From the IMG/VR virus record IMGVR_UViG_3300014494_000003: 45,855 bases of DNA. The stretch is one strand, 5' to 3'. Below the pieces are notes generated by a model that was not told the DNA's origin, did no database searches, and saw nothing but the letters and a program-made list of their open reading frames with translations. The translations under genes were made by a program, and so were the position numbers. The stretch's first letter is position 1. Each line of letters opens with the position of its first letter. Origin of the DNA: a virus. Below are positions 17,207 to 24,022 of the stretch, in pieces.

Positions 17207-17416
17207 ATGAGTGCGAATCCGGAGATTTACATATCGATTGTGCTGGGCCTGATCGCCGTCGCGGGACAGCTCTGCAACGTGATCCTGAACCTGTCGATCA
17301 AGGCCGCGATCCTGGCGAGCGAGAAGGCCGCCCGCGAAAAGGTCGAGGCCGACTTCGTGCTGGAAAAGACGTGCCAGGCCCGAATGGTCTGCTCCCCGCG
17401 GCGCGACTACGCCTGA
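17207..17416 (+). CDS. Single-pass membrane protein, 69 aa (holin or spanin-like candidate)
   Basis: The TM segment is IYISIVLGLIAVAGQLCNVIL, followed by a charged helix. It is the last gene of the late operon. Confidence 0.5.
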   Translation: MSANPEIYISIVLGLIAVAGQLCNVILNLSIKAAILASEKAAREKVEADFVLEKTCQARMVCSPRRDYA

Positions 17417-17456
17417 CGGCCGGCGGCGAGTTCCCTGCCCTGGGCTTCGCGCTGCA

Positions 17457-17933
17457 TCACGTCAACGCCTTTCGGGCCTTTGCCGCTTCCCTTTCGCGAA
17501 CCGCCGCATACGTGATTCCGGGCTGCTTCCGAGCGTACTTCCTCATGAGGTCTATGGCCTTGTCGAGGTTGGCGACCGCGCGGTGCTTGTCCCCCCTGTG
17601 CTCCTTCCAAATCTGTGCCCGATACATCCGCAGTTTACGCAGCGTTGCGTCGGCGAACGGGATCCGCTCGCCTGACTGGAGGACGATACGGCGCGGCACC
17701 GAAAAGCCGAGAGAGAGTTGGAGATCCGTCTCGCCCCGGACTTTCAGGCGACGGGCACGGACGAGCCCGGCGAGCTTTTCAATGATCCACTCGCGGGAAA
17801 AATGCGCGATCAACTCCGGGATGGAATCGTACAAGGTTTCGGCAACCACGCGACTTGGCGCGGTCGCCTCCGCGTCCCTGGCAGCCATTTCAACGGCGAC
17901 GGTTAACTCCTCGGCGACGCTCAGTCTTGCCAT
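17457..17933 (-). CDS. Hypothetical protein, 158 aa
   Basis: ATG 17933 lies 7 nt after GAGGAG. The listed ORF extends to GTG 17990. No motif was recognised. Confidence 0.55.
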   Translation of the reverse strand: MARLSVAEELTVAVEMAARDAEATAPSRVVAETLYDSIPELIAHFSREWIIEKLAGLVRARRLKVRGETDLQLSLGFSVPRRIVLQSGERIPFADATLRKLRMYRAQIWKEHRGDKHRAVANLDKAIDLMRKYARKQPGITYAAVREREAAKARKALT

Positions 17934-18041
17934 CTCGTGCTCCTCTTGGGGTGTTCGAGTGACTCCGCTATCGCGTGGCTCTTCCGCCACAAGTTGCAGG
18001 GCGAGGCTTTGTCGTTTATTTTCATTGGTTCGAGCCCTCCA

Positions 18042-18176
18042 TCAGCTCGTCGATAGCTCAGAATCCGCCTCGATGACGTGTTCGCAAATCGATCGAATCG
18101 GGGCTCCCGAAGGGGCCACGATCAAAGCGTTATCTAGTATTTCTTCCAGTTGTTTGGCGAGAACCGTCTTTAGCAT
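18042..18176 (-). CDS. Small hypothetical protein, 44 aa (below the ORF-track cutoff)
   Basis: My reverse-strand translation gives aagggaggtggaaaATG, then MLKTVLAKQLEEILDNALIV... Confidence 0.35.
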   Translation of the reverse strand: MLKTVLAKQLEEILDNALIVAPSGAPIRSICEHVIEADSELSTS

Positions 18177-18243
18177 TTTCCACCTCCCTTGATACGCCCG
18201 CTTGGGCGTTCGTGTAGCTTTTCCGCCACGTAGTTGCTGCAGA

Positions 18244-18486
18244 TCACTGCTTAGCCTTCTTTCCCCATCGGGCTTGTGCCGCTGCCTTGGCGATCTCCTT
18301 GCGCCGTTCCGGGCTCAGTTTCGCCGTGCGCATGGCAGCCAGGCCCACCGCGAGAGCGTTCCTGGGCGGGACCTGCTTAGCCTCACGGCTTGGCTGAGAC
18401 TTCGCCCAGCGGGCCTTGGCGGCGGCTCTCCCAATTTCGCTCCGCCGCTCGGGCGGTAATTTCGTCCGAGTTTTCTTCTTGCTCAT
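18244..18486 (-). CDS. Small basic repeat protein, 80 aa (two xERRxEIxxAAAxARW repeats)
   Basis: Internal ATG of ORF 18244..18546. The repeats are LPPERRSEIGRAAAKARWAK and LSPERRKEIAKAAAQARWGKK. It looks paralogous to 20440..20670. Confidence 0.6.
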   Translation of the reverse strand: MSKKKTRTKLPPERRSEIGRAAAKARWAKSQPSREAKQVPPRNALAVGLAAMRTAKLSPERRKEIAKAAAQARWGKKAKQ

Positions 18487-18550
18487 CGTATCGGCAGAGT
18501 AGCACAACGCATATGCTAGCGCAAGCACAAAAGCGGTCGATAACAATAAT

Positions 18551-19096
18551 GTGCTGCCTCAGTCACAGCCACAAGCCGCAGCCACCGTTCGGTTGCCGCG
18601 GTCGGCCTCGCGGCGCGGGCAGGTCACGTACTGCAAGCTGCTGCGCGCAGCGCGGCCGAACCGCACCTCCGGCGGCTGGGACCTCGACGGGGAGTTGCTA
18701 CGTCCGGGCGCAACGCTCAAGGAATGCGAACTGTGGCCGGCGGCGGACTACCCCGAGGTGCCTTTGCTTCTTGAGTGCGCCGGCTCAGATGGGTCGGGCT
18801 GGGGGCATCCGCGTGCCCCGTGCGTGTATATCCTCTGGCGCTGGGAGCAGGCGGCCGGCGCCTGGCGCGAGCTGGCGCGGGCGGCGTCGGTGAACCGCGA
18901 CTGGACGGAAGACCTGGGGCCGATCGCGAAGCGGCAACTGGAACCGCCGCGTCCGGTGCTGGTGGATCCGCGCGCGGCCGTGGGGCGGATGATGGCGACG
19001 CTGGAACACGAGCTCGAGCCGCTAGACCGCCAGGCGCAGCGGGTGGTCTTGCTTGCCGCCTACGACCAGGTGGCCGCTCGGGTGGTGGAGGGGTGA
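18551..19096 (+). CDS. Hypothetical protein, 181 aa (start uncertain)
   Basis: This frame has G/C-rich third positions. It is divergent from 18486 across a relatively AT-rich 64-nt spacer. Confidence 0.5.
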   Translation: MLPQSQPQAAATVRLPRSASRRGQVTYCKLLRAARPNRTSGGWDLDGELLRPGATLKECELWPAADYPEVPLLLECAGSDGSGWGHPRAPCVYILWRWEQAAGAWRELARAASVNRDWTEDLGPIAKRQLEPPRPVLVDPRAAVGRMMATLEHELEPLDRQAQRVVLLAAYDQVAARVVEG

Positions 19097-19144
19097 CACC
19101 GGCATCGGAGCGGCGAGGGCTGTGGGCGCGGTAGGCTGAACGCA

Positions 19145-19324
19145 ATGGATGTGCAGCTCGACAGTGGCCGGCTGATCTTCAGCCCCGAGGACGAAGCGGA
19201 CCAACTCATCATCGAGCGATGGTATGGGCAGCTTCACGACCCGGTCCGGCCCGACAAGGCGCCGAGTCTCCGGATTGAATTCGTCAACCTCCGGAGCGCG
19301 GTGATCCTGAGCTCTGGAGAGTGA
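19145..19324 (+). CDS. Small hypothetical protein, 59 aa (below the ORF-track cutoff)
   Basis: My translation is MDVQLDSGRLIFSPEDEADQLIIERWYGQLHDPVRPDKAPSLRIEFVNLRSAVILSSGE. About 80 percent of codons end in G/C. Confidence 0.4.
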   Translation: MDVQLDSGRLIFSPEDEADQLIIERWYGQLHDPVRPDKAPSLRIEFVNLRSAVILSSGE

Positions 19325-19463
19325 TCTCGCGAACGTGCTGGCATAACAAGCCCGCGATGTACTCCTCGATGCTCTGATCCTTGGCCAAGGCCAGGCGTTC
19401 GAGGGCGGCGTAGGTCTTCCCTGGTAGGTCAACCCTCTGGACGACGACCACTCGTTCCTTCAT
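19284..19463 (-). CDS. Ribbon-helix-helix (Arc/MetJ/CopG-like) DNA-binding protein, 59 aa (below the ORF-track cutoff)
   Basis: My translation is MKERVVVVQRVDLPGKTYAALERLALAKDQSIEEYIAGLLCQHV... This has the beta-strand then helix-helix pattern of RHH repressors. Confidence 0.6.
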   Translation of the reverse strand: MKERVVVVQRVDLPGKTYAALERLALAKDQSIEEYIAGLLCQHVREITLQSSGSPRSGG

Positions 19464-19532
19464 AGCCGGATTCTAGCGCGTGGACCTCTTCCCCCACCAG
19501 GTCGCCGCGCGGGTGGTGGAGGGCTAGGCGGC

Positions 19533-19775
19533 TTACCGCAGTGCAGCGCGCACGACGTGTAATGCGACGAAGGCGGCAGACACAACCTGGGCCCACCGGA
19601 AGTACCTGACCCAGACACGGCTTCCCTGCCACGCCGCTTCAATTTCTCCGACAGCGCCAACCATGCACACGCTCGACAGCCAGAAGGTGATTCCAAGCGC
19701 GTGCGGTACGCTGATGATCCCGATCACGAGGATCGCCCGCATGACACGCAGAGTGTGTAGGGTGTCGCGAGTCAC
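19533..19775 (-). CDS. Membrane protein, about 80 aa, two predicted TM segments
   Basis: The hydrophobic stretches are AILVIGIISVPHALGITFWLSSVCMVGAV and WAQVVSAAFVALHVV. The start could be GTG 19775 or ATG 19742. Confidence 0.5.
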   Translation of the reverse strand: MTRDTLHTLRVMRAILVIGIISVPHALGITFWLSSVCMVGAVGEIEAAWQGSRVWVRYFRWAQVVSAAFVALHVVRAALR

Positions 19776-19844
19776 ACCATACGCATCGGCAGAATCGTCG
19801 CCGGCTCTACGCGCAGGATTTCTTGCCCCACCGGGCGGCGGGAG

Positions 19845-20090
19845 TCAGTGGGGGGAACCCCGCCCTCTGAGTTGCCAGAGCAGCAACAAGCCCATGACCA
19901 CTATCACCAGGGCGAAGTGGCTGCGCTCACGGGGATGCAGGGCTGGTTGCAAGTAGCCAGGCAGCCCCCATGCTCCAGTCGAGTCAGGCAGGAAGTGAGA
20001 CAAGCGCAACCCCAACCAGACGTGACTTGCGACGAGGAAGGTGCCCCAGATCACAGCCCATTGCAGTCGGCTGGGCTGCCACGTCTTCAT
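19845..20090 (-). CDS. Membrane protein, 81 aa, two predicted TM segments
   Basis: ATG 20090 overlaps the upstream stop (ATGA). The TM segments are WAVIWGTFLVASHVWLGL and FALVIVVMGLLLLW. Confidence 0.55.
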   Translation of the reverse strand: MKTWQPSRLQWAVIWGTFLVASHVWLGLRLSHFLPDSTGAWGLPGYLQPALHPRERSHFALVIVVMGLLLLWQLRGRGSPH

Positions 20091-20425
20091 GCCGTTCGAT
20101 CCTTCCTTCCGCGTTCCAGAAAGAAGACGGTATCCCTTATTCGCTTCAGTGTTGGACCGATGTCAGGGCTCGTAATCGTGCCGAGCAACGTTTGGATCGT
20201 CTGAAGGGCGTCCTTCGCTCCCGCAACCTTCACATCGACGACTTCGAAGTAGCGCTTCAGCGCTGCGCCAATGAGGCACCGCCAACCACAAACCGTGAAG
20301 CGGATATCATTGCGGCTTTCAACCACCACCCAGTGCGTGAGCCGCTGGCCACATTCGTGGCACTGTTCGTCTACGTGTGCGTTCTCCATGATGGAGGGTT
20401 CGGAGGCGCGCGGCGGTTTCTGCAT
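20087..20425 (-). CDS. Four-Cys zinc-ribbon-like protein
   Basis: It contains CHECG...CGWRC. ATG 20425 lies 14 nt after the upstream stop; ATG 20389 is an alternative. Confidence 0.5.
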   Translation of the reverse strand: MQKPPRASEPSIMENAHVDEQCHECGQRLTHWVVVESRNDIRFTVCGWRCLIGAALKRYFEVVDVKVAGAKDALQTIQTLLGTITSPDIGPTLKRIRDTVFFLERGRKDRTA

Positions 20426-20439
20426 ACGCAGCGACGGTG

Positions 20440-20670
20440 CTAAGGTGTTTTTTTCTCTGAGCCTGGGGGCCTCTTTGCACCCCACCTAGCGGCCGCAGCC
20501 TTCCGGGCGATGGCGGAGCGCTTGCCCTTCGAGAGCTTCTGGGCGCGGGCCTTCCCTCCGACGTGACCGGCCTTGCGGCCAATGTCACTGAGCTGCTCGG
20601 GCGTAAGAGCGGCGGCACGGGCCACGCCTCCGAGTTTTCCGAGCGCCACCGCATGGCGGTTCTTTGGCAT
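20440..20670 (-). CDS. Small basic repeat protein, 76 aa (KGG/YciG-like flavour)
   Basis: It contains NRHAVALGKLGG...SDIGRKAGHVGGKARAQKLS...RSAIARKAAAARWG. It is the first gene of the leftward transcript from the switch. Confidence 0.6.
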   Translation of the reverse strand: MPKNRHAVALGKLGGVARAAALTPEQLSDIGRKAGHVGGKARAQKLSKGKRSAIARKAAAARWGAKRPPGSEKKTP

Positions 20671-20736
20671 GCCTGCCCTAGCTTAACATAGCGGCACACA
20701 AAGGATACCCAGTAGATCACAAGCTAGGGTCTTTTT

Positions 20737-20764
20737 ATGCTTGACATTGTGCTATGTCAAGCAT
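20737..20764. promoter_or_regulatory. Perfect 11-bp inverted repeat (ATGCTTGACAT n6 ATGTCAAGCAT) carrying two back-to-back TTGACA -35 boxes: divergent promoters plus operator
   Basis: On the + strand, TTGACA at 20741..20746 is followed by a 17-nt spacer and TACTCT at 20764..20769, then AGGAGG and ATG 20789. On the - strand, TTGACA (complement of 20755..20760) is followed by a 17-nt spacer and TAAAAA (complement of 20732..20737). Confidence 0.6.
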
Positions 20765-20788
20765 ACTCTGAGACAGGAGGAAGTTTGA

Positions 20789-21019
20789 ATGCGAAACACA
20801 AGGGATTACCACGAAGAAGCCGAAGCGCTGCGCGCTGCGGAGCCAGGACAACTGAGGGCGCTATTGGTCGCCTTCGACGACGTCGACGACGCCTACCGGG
20901 CGAACAGGGCGATCCTCGAGCGGCTGCGCCGTACACCGGAGCAAGCGCGTTTGGATGATGCCGCGCTCGGCGCACCGGGTCCGCACGTGCAAACGCTGGA
21001 GGGAAACCGCAATGCGTGA
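20789..21019 (+). CDS. Hypothetical early protein, 76 aa
   Basis: AGGAGG lies 8 nt upstream of the ATG. It is the first gene of the rightward early operon. Confidence 0.55.
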   Translation: MRNTRDYHEEAEALRAAEPGQLRALLVAFDDVDDAYRANRAILERLRRTPEQARLDDAALGAPGPHVQTLEGNRNA

Positions 21020-21623
21020 GACGATTCGGTTTTCAACCAACGTACCAGCGGTGGTCGCGCTGGCCTTCGACGAAGGCAAAGACGTCGAGGGGCGGTTTGG
21101 CGACCAGGTGATGTATTCACTTCAGGGGGAGCGGGTGATGTACGTTCCTCCAATCGTGCGCGACAGGATGGTCGCGCTCGGGATCAAGCGGAACGACCCG
21201 ATCCGGATAACCAAGGCCGAGACAAAAGACGGCAACCGGAAGGGCATTCAGTGGTTCGTGGAGCGGGTGGAGCCCGAGGAGTTCGTACCTGAGGCGGTCT
21301 CGTCGCCGGCGGCTAGGCGAGCTGACGAGACCGTTCAGGTAGGTCCGGGAAACCCGGGTTCCAATGGCAAGTCTAGCAGCAACGGCCCTGGGGGAACCAA
21401 CGGCAACGGCCACGCGACGCACAACGGGATCCCGTACTGGGACGGCCCGACCGAGTTGCTGGATTGCTACCGTGAAGCGCTCGACCTCGCGTCAAAGATC
21501 GAGACCGTGGCGGCAGAGCGGAAGCGGCCCTTCAAAGTCAGTGACGACAAGGTCGGCGAAATGGCGGCGACGCTGTTCATCGAGCGCTGCAAGCGCCGTT
21601 CCGCATTCGGCGGTGCGCGATGA
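21012..21623 (+). CDS. Hypothetical early protein, 203 aa
   Basis: ATG 21012 overlaps the upstream gene by 8 nt. It has an N-terminal beta-rich domain, a Gly/Asn-rich linker and a helical C-terminus. Confidence 0.55.
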   Translation: MRETIRFSTNVPAVVALAFDEGKDVEGRFGDQVMYSLQGERVMYVPPIVRDRMVALGIKRNDPIRITKAETKDGNRKGIQWFVERVEPEEFVPEAVSSPAARRADETVQVGPGNPGSNGKSSSNGPGGTNGNGHATHNGIPYWDGPTELLDCYREALDLASKIETVAAERKRPFKVSDDKVGEMAATLFIERCKRRSAFGGAR

Positions 21624-21709
21624 CGGCGATCTGGTTCGATTTCGTTGTGGCGGCGGCCGTGGCGGTCCTCGCGGTTCGCACCTGGTGGTGGAAAGGCGGC
21701 AGGCCATGA
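21620..21709 (+). CDS. Micro membrane peptide, 29 aa
   Basis: It has ATGA overlaps at both ends. The sequence is MTAIWFDFVVAAAVAVLAVRTWWWKGGRP. Confidence 0.35.
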   Translation: MTAIWFDFVVAAAVAVLAVRTWWWKGGRP

Positions 21710-21912
21710 TGAATCCGGAAGCGGCGGGGTTTCATCTGATGGTGGCGGCGCTGAATGCCGTCGACGAGCTGCTCGAGATTCCCCGGCTGCCGGCGAGTCC
21801 ACGGTATGCGGATCTTCCCGCTGACGAGCGGGCGATGCGCGAGGCGTGGGACGAAGAGACCCGGCGGCTGGAATCGCAGGCCCGCCTCAATGCGGCCGGG
21901 GGGTGGCTATGA
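21706..21912 (+). CDS. Hypothetical protein, 68 aa
   Basis: ATG 21706 is in an ATGA overlap with the micro-ORF. Confidence 0.45.
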   Translation: MMNPEAAGFHLMVAALNAVDELLEIPRLPASPRYADLPADERAMREAWDEETRRLESQARLNAAGGWL

Positions 21913-22736
21913 GCACGGTGCTGGAGTTCAGGAAGGGGGCGGCGACGGCCGCCCCCTCCGAGCAATTGGGCCTGGCCGACGTGCTTTCTCCATCCCAGGT
22001 GGCCACGTTCCTTGCCTGCCCTGCCAAGTGGTGTTTTAAGTATCTCCTGGATCTGAAGGAACCGAAAACCAGCAGCCTGGCGGTCGGCCTGGCTGTGCAT
22101 GCGCCCATCACGCAGGCCCTGGAGTGGAAGCGGTTGAACGGCATGGATGTCGAGGCCGGCGCCGTCGATGAGCTGTTCGAGCAGGCCTGGGCCGAGGAGA
22201 CGGACCAGACGGAGTTTCGCGACGATGAGGAGCCGGGCCAGCTCCACGACCAGGCGCGGGCGATGGTGCGGAAGTACATGACGGAGGCGGCGCCCTACCT
22301 CAAGCCCGCGGCGGTCGAGCTGCCGATCGCGGGCGAGATCGGCGGCGTGCGGATCCGCGGGCGGCTCGACATCCTGGAGGAGGATGGCTGCGTCACCGAG
22401 ATCAAGACGGCCGCTCGAAACCCGGGCGACGAGATGACGACCGATCACCGGGCGCAGCTCGCCACCTATTGCCTGCTCTGCCCGAAGGCCTCGGGCAAGG
22501 CGCGGCGGGATACGATCACGAAAACCAAGGTGGTGCAGATTGTCCCGCAGCCGATTGAGATCGGGCCGGCGGACGTGGCCTACCTGGAGGCGATCTATCC
22601 GCAGGCGCAGGAGGCGATGCGGGACGGCGTCTTCTACCCCCGCCGCGATTCGACGATGTGCAGCCGGAAGTACTGCGCGTTCTGGCGCGACTGCGAGAAC
22701 GAGTACGGCGGCGTGGTGAAAGGCGGTGGACGATGA
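21909..22736 (+). CDS. PD-(D/E)XK nuclease, Cas4/RecB-like, with a Cys cluster
   Basis: The start is in an ATGA overlap. GRLDILEEDGCVTEIKT provides the D...ExK motif. An N-terminal Cys (FLACPAKWCF) plus the C-terminal CSRKYCAFWRDC fit an Fe-S cluster pattern. Confidence 0.8.
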   Translation: MSTVLEFRKGAATAAPSEQLGLADVLSPSQVATFLACPAKWCFKYLLDLKEPKTSSLAVGLAVHAPITQALEWKRLNGMDVEAGAVDELFEQAWAEETDQTEFRDDEEPGQLHDQARAMVRKYMTEAAPYLKPAAVELPIAGEIGGVRIRGRLDILEEDGCVTEIKTAARNPGDEMTTDHRAQLATYCLLCPKASGKARRDTITKTKVVQIVPQPIEIGPADVAYLEAIYPQAQEAMRDGVFYPRRDSTMCSRKYCAFWRDCENEYGGVVKGGGR

Positions 22737-22903
22737 GGGGTGCGGGGCATCCGCAGGAGGAGATTCTCGAGTCCGCGGTGCGCGGGCGGTTGTCCGATGA
22801 GGACCTCGACGAGCTCGTCCAGCACCTGCTGGTGTGCGGCGACTGCCAGGTGCTGCTGTTGGAGGCGATGGAGAAGGTCGCGCAGGAAGGCGGTGTGCAG
22901 TGA
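22733..22903 (+). CDS. zf-HC2 anti-sigma-factor-like protein, 56 aa, no TM segment
   Basis: The start is in an ATGA overlap. RGRLSDEDLDELVQHLLVCGDCQ matches the HxxxCxxC signature of anti-sigma N-terminal domains. Confidence 0.55.
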   Translation: MRGAGHPQEEILESAVRGRLSDEDLDELVQHLLVCGDCQVLLLEAMEKVAQEGGVQ

Positions 22904-23127
22904 CGAAGCTCGAAAAGCGTGTCGTGCGGGAAGCTCGGCAGCGACACATGGGCGATGTGATGATCGTGGCGCTGGATCCGGCGGGATTCTTTGAGGTCCG
23001 GCTGAAGGGTACGCGGGTCGAGCCCTATCGGGTCACCTTCGACCAGGTGGTTAGCCGGGAAGCCGAAGCGCGGGCCAAAGAGGCGCGGGCGGCGAAGGCG
23101 CTGGCCAAGAGGTTGCGGCGGCGCTGA
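22900..23127 (+). CDS. Hypothetical basic protein, 75 aa (possible excisionase or DNA-binding protein, by position only)
   Basis: The start is in a GTGA overlap. It is the last gene before the terminator and the recombinase. The C-terminus is Lys/Arg/Ala-rich. Confidence 0.45.
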   Translation: MTKLEKRVVREARQRHMGDVMIVALDPAGFFEVRLKGTRVEPYRVTFDQVVSREAEARAKEARAAKALAKRLRRR

Positions 23128-23150
23128 GCGCAGATCGAGTTCGGGGTGTG

Positions 23151-23190
23151 AGCCCGCGGCCGGCGACGGTCGCGGGCTTTTCGTGTTTCT
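23151..23190 (+). terminator. Intrinsic terminator
   Basis: agcccgcggccg GCGA cggtcgcgggct forms a 12-bp stem (one G-U pair) with a GNRA tetraloop, followed by tttcgtgtttct. Confidence 0.7.
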
Positions 23191-23208
23191 GGGGGACGAC
23201 GCGCACAG

Positions 23209-23224
23209 CCGGGCCAGGCGAGCT
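23209..23224. repeat. 16-nt direct repeat cgggccaggcgagctc, copy 1
   Basis: It is identical to 24033..24048. The two copies bracket the recombinase gene. Confidence 0.5.
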
Positions 23225-23452
23225 CGCCGAGGGCTGGGTGATGCCTGGATACCTGCCAGGAGGTTGGCGGGGCTGCCACGTGTTGCCGATTGGAGGGGTA
23301 GGAGGGTCGGCGGCGCCGCAGGGCGCGAATCTTGCGAATGTCCCATTACCTCAAAAGTCGAGTGCTCCGGACATGCTCTATGTCGTTGATTCTACGTGCG
23401 GCGATGCGTGCGAATGGCTCAATCTGGTTAGAGTGGGACATTGGGGGGCGGA

Positions 23453-24022
23453 ATGGCCTGGCCTAAGGGAGTCCTCCCTAAGTACTTGACAGAAGAGGAG
23501 TTACTGGCCTTGCTCGCGGGCATCAAAGACCCGCGCGACCGGGCTATGTTCACCCTCGGATTCTGGCGTGGGCTGCGGGCCAGCGAAATCGGGTTGCTGC
23601 GGCTCGAGTTCTGGAAGCCGAAAACCGGCCGGCTGTTCGTGCGACGCCTGAAGGGGTCAATCAGCCAGGACTACCGTCTGCTCCCCGATGAGGAGCGGGC
23701 GCTGCGGGCCTGGTTGCGAGTCCGGGGCAAGGTGCCCGGGTTGCTGTTCGGTGGGTACAAGGGCCGGGGGATCGGACGCCGGCAGCTCGACCGGCTCATG
23801 AAGCAGTACGGAGCTGCGGCGGGCATTCCTCCGGAAAAGCGGCACTGGCACATCCTGAAGCATAGCTGCGGGACGTACCTGCGCGACCACGGCGAGGCAA
23901 TCGAGATGGTTCAAGACCACCTGGGGCATGCGTGCATCACGTCGACGATGATCTACGCGCATACGACGACGCGCCAGCGCGATGGGCTGGCGGACCGGCT
24001 CTCATTGCTTCGCGTCGCGTGA
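23453..24022 (+). CDS. int: Tyrosine recombinase, short (189 aa), FimB/FimE-like size
   Basis: The motifs are WRGLRASEI (Arg I), HILKHSCGTYL (HxxK where HxxR is expected) and LGHACITSTMIYAH (His/Tyr). Confidence 0.85.
   Translation: MAWPKGVLPKYLTEEELLALLAGIKDPRDRAMFTLGFWRGLRASEIGLLRLEFWKPKTGRLFVRRLKGSISQDYRLLPDEERALRAWLRVRGKVPGLLFGGYKGRGIGRRQLDRLMKQYGAAAGIPPEKRHWHILKHSCGTYLRDHGEAIEMVQDHLGHACITSTMIYAHTTTRQRDGLADRLSLLRVA

Noticed and set aside
17921-18025. A 34-aa minus-strand ORF (MKINDKASPCNLWRKSHAIAESLEHPKRSTRWQD) with GGAGGG upstream.
   Set aside because: It competes with the GTG 17990 extension of the 17457 gene and has no supporting features. It is left unannotated, though it could be real.
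17371-18192. 273-aa plus-strand ORF across the leftward cluster.
   Set aside because: It is Ser/Arg/Cys-rich and has no SD-like motif. It is antisense to minus-strand ORFs that have SD-like motifs and coupled starts.
19022-19432. 136-aa minus-strand ORF from the track.
   Set aside because: It is out of frame with the clear RHH ORF (19284..19463) and antisense to a 59-aa plus-strand ORF with better third-position G/C. It was treated as a shadow. The discrimination is weak (hand counts of roughly 80 versus 70-75 percent G/C-ending codons).
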